Positions 38,793-50,240 of a DNA stretch of 64,000 bases are shown here, piece after piece. The stretch is taken from NCBI RefSeq assembly GCF_963921235.1, contig NC_086097.1, positions 100,256,001 through 100,320,000 on the forward strand, written 5' to 3'. Positions within the stretch are counted from its first letter, which is position 1. Every line of letters begins with the position of its first letter. The DNA is from Mobula hypostoma (lineage: Eukaryota). Below the pieces are notes generated by a model that ran no database searches, was not told where the DNA came from, and saw only the letters and a program-made list of their open reading frames with translations. The translations under genes were made by a program, and so were the position numbers.

Positions 38793-39460
38793 AGAACATA
38801 AGAAATAGGAGCAGGAGTAGGCCACACGGCCCATCAAGCCTGCCCTGCCATTCAATAAGATCATGACTGATCTGTCCGTAAACTCAGCTCCATCTACCTG
38901 CCTTTTCCCCATGACCCTTAATTCCCCTACTATGTAAAAATCTATCTAACTGTATCTTAAATATATTTAGTGAAGAAGCCTCAACTGCTTCCCTGGGCAG
39001 AGAATTCCACAGATTCACCACTCTCTGGGAAAAACAATTACTCCTCATCTCCGTCCTAAACCTTCTCCCCTGAATCTTGAGGCAATGTCCCCTAGTTCTA
39101 GTCTCACCTACCAATGGAAACAACTTTCCTACTTCTATCTTATCCATCCCTTTCAAAATTTTGAATGTTTCTGTAAGATCCCCTCTCATTCTTCTGAACT
39201 CCAGAGAGAATAGTCCCAGGCAACTCAATCTCTCCTCATAAGTTAACCCCTTCATCTCTGGAATCAACCTGGTGAACCTCCTCTGCACTGCCTCCAAAGC
39301 CAGTATATCCTTCCTCAAGTGTGGAGACCAGAACTGCGCACAGTACTCCATGTGCGGCCTCATCAGTACCCTGTACAGTTGCAGCATGACCCCTCCTGCT
39401 CTTGAATTCAATCCCTCTAGCAATGAAGGACAACATTCCGTTTGCCGCCTTAATAACCCG
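38793..39460 (-). mobile_element. CR1 3' end
   Basis: ...LQLYRVLMRPHMEYCAQFWSPHLRKDI...GIKGHGEKAGRWS*; tail agaacataagaaatagg on +. Confidence 0.9.
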
Positions 39461-39589
39461 TTGCACCTACAACAGACCCAGTGCCTGGCCGAGACTAAAC
39501 ACAATACAGAGCAGGGGTTCCCAACCTTTTTATGCCATGGGCCAATACCATTAAGTAAGGGGTCCATGGACCCAGGTTGAGAAACCCTG

Positions 39590-40090
39590 AGCTGGAGGAA
39601 CAGACAACTGATAAGTCTAAACCCTATGCATGAACAATTCCAGTGAACTGCTCCCCCTCTGTCACATCTCTCTCTCTCCTTCTGATCTACCCAGTCCCAC
39701 CCTAGGCCATTCATCGTGTTTCTTTCCCCCCTCCATTCATTCCATCTGCTCATCACCCACGCACTGCTCCCACCGGATCCCCCTTTCCCTCTGTTCCTAT
39801 CGGCTCTCTCCAGCTGCCCATTTATTCTATGCTCCAATTTCCTCTCCTATCAGATTCCATCATCTTCAGCCTATGTCCCACCCAGCCTCTCTCACTATTC
39901 CCACTATTCCCCTTCCCTCTACCTACCAGCGCTCCTCCACCTATCACCTGCCACACCTCCCTCCCACCTCCTTGGCTGTCTCCCTTCTTATTTGAATCCA
40001 GATGAAAGGTTTTCACCCAGAACCTTTACTGCCCATTCCCTTTCACGGAAGCTGCCTGATCCATTGAGTTCCTCCAGTATTCCTGTATGT
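39590..40090 (+). mobile_element. Eroded Penelope-like 3' end: trace of the GIY-YIG C-terminus, pyrimidine-rich pLTR and decayed hammerhead
   Basis: gctggaggaacagacaactgata...ccctatgcatgaacaattccag (LEEQ...MN..F-like), a long C/T-rich tract, then ccagatgaaagg...cccagaac...gctgcctgatccattgagttcctccag, the same tail as the palindromic elements. Confidence 0.5.
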
Positions 40091-40289
40091 TAACCCATCA
40101 ACCCATTCTGGTGAATCTTTGCTGCACTGCCTTAGGGACATTCTTCCCTCCCTCCTGCGCTCAAATCCTCTCATTGTAAAAATGTACAGTACAAACACTT
40201 GGAAGGTGAACTGTAGGCATCCTTCTGTTCTGGGCTGCGGGATGCTTTGGTTAATGTCTTTGTAGGAGGCAGGAGGTGGGGTCCCTTCC

Positions 40290-41095
40290 CAGCTTCCACC
40301 TCCCTCTCCCCATCCCCCTCCCCGTCCTCCTCTCCTTCCCCCTCCCCCTCCTTGTCCTCCTCTTCTTCCCCTCCCCCTCCCCATCCTCCTCTCCTTCTCC
40401 CTCCCCCTCCCCGTCCTCCTCTCCTTCCCCCTCCCCCTTCCTGTCTTCCTCTCCTTCCCCTCCCCTCCCCTCCCTGTCCTCCTCTTCTCCCCCCCCTCCC
40501 CATCCTCCTCTCCTTCTCCCTCCCCCTCCCCGTCCTCCTCTCCTTCCCCCTCCCCCTTCCTGTCCTCCTCTCCTTCCCCTCCCCTCCCCCTCCCCTCCTC
40601 CTCTCCTCCCCCCGTCCCCCCCTGTCCTCTTCTTCTTCCACCTCCCCCTCCCCGTCCTCCTCTCCTTCCCCCTCCCCCTCCCCGTCCTCCTCTTCTTCCC
40701 CTCCCCCTCCCCGTCGTCCTCTCCTTCCCCCTCCCCCTCCCCGCCGTCCTCTCCTTCCCCCTCCCCGCCCCCCTCTCCTTCCCCCTCCCCCTCCCCGTCC
40801 TCCTCTCCTTCCCCCTCCCCCTCCCCGTCCTCCTCTTCTTCCCCTCCCCCTCCCCGTCGTCCTCTCCTTCCCCCTCCCCCTCCCCGTCGTCCTCTCCTTC
40901 CCCCTCTCCTTCCCCCTCCCCCTCCCCGTCCTCCTCTCCTTCCCCCTCCCCCTCCCTGTCCTCCTCTCCTTCCCGTCCCCTCCCCCTCCTCCCCTCCTTC
41001 TCCCCCCCTCCCCTTCCCTCTCCTTCCCCCTCCCCCTCCCCGTCCTCCTCTCCTTCTCCTCCCCGTCCCCGTCCTCCTCCCCATCCCCCTCCCCA
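40290..41095 (+). repeat. About 800-bp polypyrimidine/polypurine low-complexity tandem repeat (unit about 30 bp)
   Basis: (tccttccccctccccctccccgtcctcctc)n; the Pro-rich and Gly/Arg-rich ORFs here are artefacts. Confidence 0.97.
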
Positions 41096-41879
41096 CCACT
41101 GGCACAGAGTGTCGGCAGAGTGTGCCTGCAGCTACTCTCCCAGGGCGCTCCAAGCACCCCAGCCAAACCTGGGACCTCTGCAGCACGAAGGACAAGGAAG
41201 TGGTAACCACCAGCACCCTGACCTAGAAATATTTCATTGGTTCTTCATCATCACTGGGCCAAAATCCTGCAAACTCCCTCTCACCACCACCTCCTGAAGG
41301 ACAACATGGGATGGGCAATAAATGCTGACACCATCAGTGACCCCTGAAAAATGACTAATTTTAAAAGAATATCCCCAAACCTAATCCAACAGTGGGATTA
41401 TAATTGTAGATTTACAGACTGCCACAACCTTAATCCTCCCCATGCTTCCCACAGCACTTCCTGATGAGATGGGTGGAGCTGACAACTCTACAAAGGACCA
41501 TATAAACTGGATAGAGTGCAAAGAAGATTTACAAGAAGGGCCTGAATTATAGGGAGGGGTTAAGTGTGCTGAAACTTTATTCCTTAAAGCATAGAAGGAT
41601 TTTCGAATTGACAGAGAGGTGTGTAAAATTATGAGGGTGAACTTGCTAAGAAAAGAACTGAAATACAGAGAGCAGAGGTTCAGGGAGGGAAACATTCACA
41701 CAGAGGGTGGTGGGTGTATGGGGAAAACTGACAGAGGAAGTGGTTGAGGCAGGTAAAGTAATAGCATTTAAAAGATATTTAAACAGGTACATGGATAGGA
41801 AAGGCTTAGAGGGATATGGGCCAAATACTAGCAAATGGGACTGTAGGGCATGTTTCAGAGCTGTATTACTCTGCAACTA

Positions 41880-44800
41880 AAATTTTCAATATACTGAAAG
41901 ACTTCACGAAATGTGTTTGAACAGCATCTCAAAGATTCTGAACTGAAGCCTGTGGATATCCAACAAAGAACTTATAATGGAGAAAAGATGACTCCTGTGG
42001 AAATGACATTTGTAGCAGTCATGTACAATAACCAACAAACCACATTGGGCTTGTATGTGGTAAAAACAGGAGGGGCCAGCATTTTAGTGTTGTGACTGGC
42101 TGAGTCACTTACAACTTGATTGGAGATCCATCCACCATTTGTCTGCCACATCCCCTGCAACAGTGTCAACTGAAAGTGACTTGAGAAAGTACTGGATGGT
42201 GCCATGACTGTCTCATGCTGTACATCATGAACCCTTGTCCAACAGAGGGCAAAAGGGTGTTTGTGCCAACCTCTGCCGCAGGTTGGAAAGCATATCGGGC
42301 CAAGGAAGAATTGTTCTGCTCAGAGGAATCAGGAAAGTGATGAAAGCGATGGTCTGACTACAACATTTTTGTAGGCAGCACATCTGAGAAAGCCTCTGAT
42401 ATGTTAATCAGGCAGTTCCTTGCGAAATGCGGCTTGGTTTTGAGCTGAAAGAGAGGTCAAGGAGCTTCAGGAAAGTTACAACCATTCATCTATTGTGAGT
42501 AAAAGGAGCCAGAATCTACTCTGCGAGCTTTAAGGTTATTGCATGAACTTCTAGTAGGAGACAAAAAGCTGCTTGTAAAAGTAGACCAAAGCCCAGCTGG
42601 ATGAATGGAAGGCCAAAAATAAAGGAGTCAATGGAGATATGAAAACAGGGGATTTTTGAGATGATGTTGTGGATGAAGAAACCAGGAGTGATCAGATCGA
42701 AAGGGAGCAATAGAAGGATTAATAGGAAAATAGCAACACACACAAAAGCTGGAGGAACTCAGCTGGCCGTGCAGCATCTAGGGAAAAGAGTACAGTCGAC
42801 GTTTCAGGCTGAGACCCTTCTTCGGGACTGGCATTAGCAGCGGACCAATCAACTGGCAGAGAGACAGAGAGAGAGTTTTGCATAGGTCAGTGAGAAGAGT
42901 TTAAAAAAAGAACATTTCGGGGGGTCTTGGCGCATTAGCAACGAACCAATCGATTCGCAATTTATTAGCAGGTGCAAATAAAAGTAAAGCAGGGTCAAAG
43001 CAGAGCGGCGATTGTGTGAGGGGACCAGTGTAGGAGTGGCAACTTGAGGCTTTGGTGAGGAGGCGCAGGTAAGCAGCAAGCAAGGCTTTTGTAGTGGTGA
43101 ATAAAAAGTCACTAATTAAATAAAGTAGGGATGATGCAGGATCAGGTGATGTGCTGTAGCTGCATGATGTGGGAGATAGTGACCCTTTGTGCCTAATGAC
43201 CACATCTGCAGCAAGTGTTGGCTGCTCGAGGAGCTCAGGGTCAAAGTTAATGACCTGGAATCTGAGCTTCAGACACTGTGGCACAGCAGGGAGACTTATC
43301 CATGAGATAAGGATGTATAGAGTTGGGAGTGATGTATTAACATGGATAGAGGATTGGTTAACTAATAGAAAGCAGAGAGCTGGGATACATGGATTCTTTG
43401 GTTGGCAATCAGTGGTGAGTGGTGTGCCACAGGGGTCGGTGCTGGGCCTGCAACTGTTCATGATATACATTAATGATCTAGAAGAGGGGACCAAGTGTCC
43501 TGTATCTAAGTTTGCTAATGATGCTAAATTGTGTGGAAAAGCAAATTGTGTAGAAGATACGGAGAGACTGCAGAAGAGATATAGATAGGTTAAGTGAGTG
43601 CGCAAGGGTCTGGCAGATGGATTACAATGTTGGTAAATGCGAGGTCATCCACTTTGGAAGGAAAAATGGAAGATCAGATTATTATTTAAATAGTAAAAGA
43701 TCGCAGTGTGCTGCTGTGCAGAGGGACTTGGGAGTGCTTGTGCATGAATCACAAAAGGTTAGCTTGCAGGTGCCAGCAGGCCATCAAGAAGGCAAATGGA
43801 AGGTTAGCCTTCATTGCTAAAGGGATTGAATTTAAAAGCAGGGAGGTAATGCTGCAACTGTACAGGGTACTGGTGAGACCACAATTGGAGTACTAAGTGC
43901 AGTTCTGGTCTCCTTACTTGAGGAAGGATATACTGGCTTTGGAGGCAGTGCAGAGGAGGTTCACCAGGTTGATTCCAGAGACGAGGGGATTAGACTGTGA
44001 GGAGAGATTGAGTCGCCTGGGACTGTACTCGCTGGAATTCAGAAGAAAGAGAGGAGATCTTATAGAAACATATAAATTTATGAAAGGGATAGATAAGTTA
44101 GAGGCAGGAAAGTAGGTGAGACTAGAACTCAGGGACATAGCCTCAAGATTCAGGGAGTAGATTTAGGATGGAGATGTGGTTGAACTGCTTTTCCCAGAGA
44201 GTGGTGAATCTGTGGAATTCTCTACCCAATGAAGCAGTGAAGGCTATCTCAGTAAATATATTTAAGACAAGGTTGGACAGATTTCTGCATAGTTGGGGAA
44301 TTGAGGGTTATGGGGAAAAGGCAGGTAGGTGGAGATGAGTCCATGGTCAGATCAGCCATGATCTTATTGAATGGCAGAGCAGGCTCCTATTTCTTATGTT
44401 CTTATGCTGTGCCTGTTGAGTTCCTCCAGCTTTTTGTATATGTGGCTTGCATTTCCAATATCTGCAGATTTTCTTGTGTTTGTGTTAATAAGAGAATATT
44501 CCAGCAAACTAAATGCACCTTCCCAAGAACAAGATGCACATCCTAGACAGAAGAAAATGGAAAAGAAAGAGGAGGATGATGTAAGTGCTGTGGAATTGGA
44601 AGAGGATAAACAAGACCTAATTTCTTGAGAAATTAGCAAATTCAGGGATACTGACAAGAAACTAGAAGAATAAATAGGAAAGCGAGAAAGAGAAAGGCGT
44701 GAAAGAGGGAATTTATGTGAGAAAGAAAAAGAGCGGCAATGGGAGTGTGAGTGGGATTGGGACTGCGAGCGAGACCGTGATAGGGAACATGAGAGAACCA

Positions 44801-45471
44801 AGGATAAAGAAAGGGAGCGAGACTAAGAAAAGGATAAAGAGAGAGAAAGAAGCTGAGACTGGGGGAAAAGCAACGATTGAAGTAGATCCAGAGAGAAAAG
44901 CTGAGGAAAAGGTGTCCTGAGCTGTTAGAACCACTTCCTGCTGTCTCAGAGTCAACTCCTACAAGCTCCACAGAGGAGGCTCCAGAACCTGAGATTGTTT
45001 CACAGCCGCACGTCTCACCTGCCAAGCAGAGTGACCTTCCTAGCCAGGAAGGACATTAACCCACAAGAGTAAGAAAACCTCCACAGCAATTAAATCTCAA
45101 TGCTTGAATAGGTCGATTTATAGATTTCTATGTTGTGTGTGTCTGTATATAGTAGTTGTATTATATAGTATACTGTGTATATAGTTGAGATACATTCTAT
45201 ATTGAGTTAGATTTTATAGTTAAGCAGGGAGGAGTGTTGTGTAATTAATATTTGAGTAATATTGTAAATATATTGTTTGAGTAAGCATTCTTTAATGTTT
45301 ACATAATGTATTGTGGTTTATATGTAAAAGTATGTAAATGGCATACATTATTACACCACCATGTAATAAATATGCACCCTGCTTAAAATAAAAATGAAGT
45401 TAGCCTCACATTTCAGACTCTCTGTTTGTTCCTTTAAAATACTTTTTATGTTGCAGAATTGCAAAACAACA
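41880..45471 (+). mobile_element. Fragmented Gypsy remnant(s): protease-region piece (about 41880-42210) and 3' end with PPT + LTR (45235-45471); younger elements are nested between
   Basis: RTYNGEKMTPV...LGLYVVKTGG (Gypsy pol-like); PPT aagcagggaggag at 45222-45234; LTR TGTTGT...ACAACA with AATAAA. Confidence 0.65.
42830..44405 (+). mobile_element. Internally deleted CR1 (5' UTR and ORF1 start fused to RT/3' end) lying between the arms of a Penelope-derived palindrome (about 42733-42830 and 44405-44480)
   Basis: VMCCSCMMWE...HICSKCWLLEELRVKVNDLESELQTL (ORF1 zinc-finger/zipper-like), then SGVPQGSVLG, KFAND; tail ttcttatgttcttatg. Confidence 0.8.
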
Positions 45472-46107
45472 TTGACAAGGAAGAGATTCTGTTTTACTCT
45501 TGACTGGCTGGAAGAACCACAATTCCTTAGGTGCAGAGAGTGCAAGGATGAAACTGCTGATATCTCAACAGCTGCTTTCAGTTGAAATCAAGTCTGTCTT
45601 TCCAATCTCTCCACATAACTAATATCTTCCATTCCAGGCAACATCCAGGCGAATCTTCTCTGCATGACCACATCATTCCTCGAATATGGTGACCAGAACT
45701 GTATGCAATAGCCCCAGTGTGGTCTAGTTAACGTTTTGTAAAGTTGTGACAAAGCGTCCCAACTCTTATATTAATGCTCCTCCCTACCCCATGAAAGTAC
45801 ACATGATTGATGTTTCCTTCACCACTCTAATGACTTGTGTTGACAATTTCAGAGAACTATGGACTTGAACCCTCAGAGTCTCTCTGTTCATCACATTCCT
45901 CAATTACAATTTACTGTACACTTTTTTACTCTATTTTACATCCCAACATGCATCATCTTGGACCTGTCAGGAGTAAATTCCGTTTCCTTTGACTACCTTA
46001 TTCGCTCTCTACACCACCAGCTTTTGTGCCATCCACATACTTACTAATCACACCTCTTACATTCTCATCCAGTCCAATAGTAAATGTATCAAACTTCAGC
46101 AGTCCTA

Positions 46108-46330
46108 ACACCGATCCCTGGGTACAGCACGAGTCACTGACATCCAATCAGAAACACCGATCCCTGGGTACAGCACGAGTCACTGACATCCAATCAGAAA
46201 CACCGATCCCTGGGTACAGCACGAGTCACTGACATCCAATCAGAAACACCGATCCCTGGGTACAGCACGAGTCACTGACATCCAATCAGAAACACCGATC
46301 CCTGCGGTACACCACTGGTCACTGAACCTC
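46108..46330 (+). repeat. 46-bp tandem repeat (4 near-identical units plus a parental copy) inside an antisense CR1 RT remnant
   Basis: acaccgatccctgggtacagcacgagtcactgacatccaatcagaa; the final unit ccgatccctgcggtacaccactggtcac is the reverse complement of VTSGVPQGS. Confidence 0.9.
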
Positions 46331-47154
46331 AATCAGAGGATTATGCTCTCACCACTACCCTCTGTCAAGACAATTTTGGATCCAATTAGCTCAATTGCTA
46401 TGCAGGATATTGTCAAAACTTTTACTAGCCTACTCTCCCATCCTCACCTGCATCCACCTATCCCCTCCCAGCTCTTAGTTCACCTTTCAACCCTTTGTTC
46501 CAGCTATCTCCCCTCTTTCTTCAGTACAGATGAAGGGTGCCTACCTGACTGTCCCTTTCCTTCCACAGGTGCTGCCTGACATGCTGAGTTCCTCCAGCTC
46601 TTTGTCTGATGTCTCCTTCAGGAAACACTTGCATAAAATATCCTTTTAGATAGGGACATGACCATGTGTTGGGCTGAAGGGCCTATTCTAAAATCCATAC
46701 TGTGCCCAGGGTGTATATCTGTTGAGGACTAGTGGTCTCTGGTCAGGCAATGTTATATGCACTCTAAGGTAGATGGAAGAGAACCAAGTGGACTGTTTTA
46801 AATACAGACAGACAACGTAGAGCAGAGAACAAGTTTGTACATCTGGCAGGAGCAAAAGATGTTGGGAATGGTGCGGGTGCAGTGCTTGAGAGGGGTGTGG
46901 GACAGGATAGGAGGCAGAGAAGGAGTGCTGGGGTGGATATAGACACACCCAGCCCTGAGACCACAGGCAAGGTCATTTTATTCCAAACAATTGGTTTGTT
47001 GATCATTAAAGAATGTCTCTCTGGTGCTTCCTGCTCTCTCCCCCCTTTCCAACCACAATTCCCCTCTCCCTTTCCCCTTCCCCCTCTCAGTCCACAGCAA
47101 GATCCACAGCAGAATCAGGTTTATCATCACTCATCAGGTTTATCAATCACCACG

Positions 47155-48697
47155 GTGGGCTTCACAGGTGAGAAGACAGCTGAAACATCTCAACCCAAGC
47201 AAGGCTGCAGGACCGGATGGTGTCAGTACCAGGGTGCTCAAAGCCTGTGCCCCTCAGCTATGTGGAGGTCTTCGCCATGTCTTTAACCTGAGCCTGAGGC
47301 TCTGGAGGGTTCCTGTGCTGTGGAAGACGTCCTGCCTCATCCCAGTGCTGAAGACACCGCGCCCCAGCGGCCTCAATGACTACAGACCGGTGGCATTGAC
47401 CTCCCACATCATGAAGACCCTGGAGAGACTTGTTCCGGAGCTGCTCTGGCCTATGGTCAGGCCACACTTAGATCCCCTCCAGTTCACCTACCAGCCCCGA
47501 CTAAGAGTTGAGGATGCCATCGTCTACCTGCTGAACCGTGTCTACTCCAACCTGGACAAGCCAGCGAGCACTGTGAGGGTCATGTTTTTTGACTTCTCCA
47601 GTGCGTTCAACACCATCCACCCTGCTCTGCTGGGGGAGAAGCTGACAGCGATGCAGGTGGATGCTTTCCTGGTGTCATGGATTCTTGATTACCTGACCGG
47701 CAGACCACAGTACCTGTGCTTGCAACACTGTGTTTCCGACAGAGTGATCAGCAGCACTGGGGCTCCACAGGGGACTGTCTTGTCTCCCTTTCTCTTCACC
47801 ATTTACACCTCGGACTTCAACTACTGCACAGAGTCTTGTCATCTTCAGAAGTTTTCTGATGACTCTGCCATAGTTGGATGCATCAGCAAGGGAGATGAGG
47901 CTGAGTACAGGGCTACGGTAGGAAACTTTGTCACATGGTGTGAGCAGAATTATCTGCAGCTTAATGTGAAAAAGACTAAGGAGCTGGTGGTAGACCTGAG
48001 GAGAGCTAAGGTACTGGTGACCCCTGTTTCCATCCAGGGGGTCAGTGTGGACATGGTGGAGGATTACAAATACCTGGGGATACAAATTGACAATGAACTG
48101 GACTGGTCAAAGAACACTGAGGCTGTCTACAAGAAGGGTCAGAGCCATCTCTATTTCCTGAGGAGACTGAGGTCCTTTAACATCTGTCAGACAATGCTGA
48201 GGATGTTCTATGAGTCTGTCGTGGTCAGTGCAATCATGTTTGCTGTTGTGGGCTGGGGCAGCAGGCTGAGGGTAGCAGACACCAACAGAGTCAACAAACT
48301 CATTCGTAAGGCCAGTGATGTTGTGGGGATGGAACTGGACTCTCTGACAGTGGTGTCTGAAGAGAGGATGCTGTCCAAGTTGCATGCCATCTTGGACAAT
48401 GTCTCCCATCCACTACATAATGTACTGGTTGGGCACAGGAGCACATTCAGCCAGAGACTCATTCCACCGAGATGCAGCACAGAGCGTCATAGGAAGTCAT
48501 TCCTGCCTGTGGCCATCAAACTTTACAACTCCTCCCTTGGAGGGTCAGACACCCTGAGCCAATAGGCTGGTCCTGGACTTATTTCCTGGCATAATTTACA
48601 TATTACTATTTAACTATTTATGGTTTTATTACTATTTAATTATTTATGGTGCAACTAACGAAAACCAATTTCCCCCAGGATCATTAAAGTATGACTA
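47155..48697 (+). mobile_element. 5'-truncated Rex1/Babar LINE with uninterrupted RT ORF (stop at 48565)
   Basis: KAAGPDG, NDYRPVALTS, LDPLQFTY, FFDFSSAFNTI, GAPQGTVLSP, KFSDD, YKYLG; tail aaagtatgactat. Confidence 0.93.
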
Positions 48698-49054
48698 TTC
48701 CCTGTATGTCATAATTACTCCCTCACATTGTGGGATGGGTGCAAGATTTTAAATAAATTCTACAGTACTGTGCAAAAGTCTTAATCACCTTTGCTAACTA
48801 CATGTTCAAACTTTTGCACAACACCATAGTTCCCAAACACACTTCAAAACCATTTCCAAATACACTGAGGTTTTGTGAGGCACTGTAGAAACAGAAGTTA
48901 TTTTCTTTTGATAATCAGTCTGAAACTTTTGACATCTTTAGAAAACACCTTGCAGGTAAGCCCAAGGAATAGATGGCAGAAAGTAAACTGTACCTCTTAA
49001 AACTGCAGCCAGGTTAATAACATCAGAATCTGTTGAACAGAGGAATCACAGGAG

Positions 49055-49421
49055 TCCACCAGATTTAACCAAGAGTTTATTTTTAATTTGAAAGCAAAAT
49101 TACAGGAAGTTCATCAAAACAAGTGTTTTCAGCAGCTTCAAGCTTCCCAGTTAACTCTTGAAGGGGAAGTGCAGAGTTGGGGGAAGAGGGCCAATTTCCA
49201 CCAGGGTTCACTACAACTATGGCAAAATTAACCCTCCTCTCAGAAGCTCATGAAAATTTAAACTGAGATTCTTTGACTCCAACTGGTGTCCAATGGGGCT
49301 GGCGATTGTTGCGACAGTCACTTACTCATCGCCAGGCCGGGGACTGGGAAACACTCAAATCCGATTTATCCTTTGGAAACATACTTCCTGCCACATCCCG
49401 ATCTCAGCGTAAACCCAGAAC
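49055..49421 (-). other. crip1: crip1-like exon 5 (non-coding 3' UTR), predicted
   Basis: Minus-strand acceptor ctcctctccttcccag|G at 49421; AATAAA at 49076-49081 with an adjacent ATTAAA and a GU-rich tract downstream. It is the best non-repeat candidate after the exon 4 donor. Confidence 0.6.
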
Positions 49422-50240
49422 CTGGGAAGGAGAGGAGTTTGGTTAATCTTCATTGTTCTCACAGCAGAAGATTATGCAGAGGGTAAAGATCTCCTGAATC
49501 AGCACTGACTCAGCTAAACTGCCCGGAGAGTTTTCAAAATGGAGTGGGAGCCCTCATTTAATGTATCCCCAGAGATGAAGATTGTGGAAAGAGATTCACA
49601 GCTCACCCCACTCCTTCAACCTGCCACAGCTGTCTCACATCTCCCCAATTCATTCATAAACCCATTTAGCCCTCCCAAAAGCAAAATCTCACAGCTGTTA
49701 GAAATCAGAAAATGCTGGTGACCTGAAATGTTAACTGTCCCTCTCCCCACTAATACTGCCAGGCCTGCTGAGTGCTTCCTGCGTTTCCCACTTTAAGCTA
49801 TGATCTAACAGTTTGGTTTTAGAAGTGTTCTATTGAACCTCCTCACCCCCAAAGCCCACAGAGGGAGCTGTGTGAAGGTGATTTCCTGACATCGCACTGT
49901 ATGGCCTGGTCCATTTGCTCGGAATGATTGTGAATCCTCCATCTATGCTGACACTATGATCTTACAGAGTGGTTTTCCCCATCCACAACACGGGGGCATT
50001 TGCTGCTTGCCGCTGAATAACCATTGCAGCCCAAGCAGTGAAGGTACTGTCACCCTGCTGGGAGAGGGCAGAGGCATTATTCATCACTGGACAAAGCCTC
50101 TACCTCTGTCACTGCGCTGTTCTGTGTTGTGCACTGAAATCTGTTGATAGCAGCAACAAGTTATAGAGTTCCCTCCAGGAGTGTTAAAGAGTTAGACAGT
50201 ACAGAAACAGATTCAACTGGACAATGCTGACCAAGATTCC

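Noticed and set aside
40171..41226. Formin/extensin-like poly-Pro and RGG-rich ORFs
   Set aside because: Low-complexity tract open on both strands.
44371..44920. Lys/Glu/Arg-rich ORFs resembling an SR-like protein
   Set aside because: Purine-rich, frameshifted sequence inside nested TE remnants; no splice signals seen.
47024..48565. 513-aa ORF as a host or domesticated gene
   Set aside because: 5'-truncated Rex1-type RT with its retrotransposon tail; no endonuclease, and the ORF start lies in unrelated flank.
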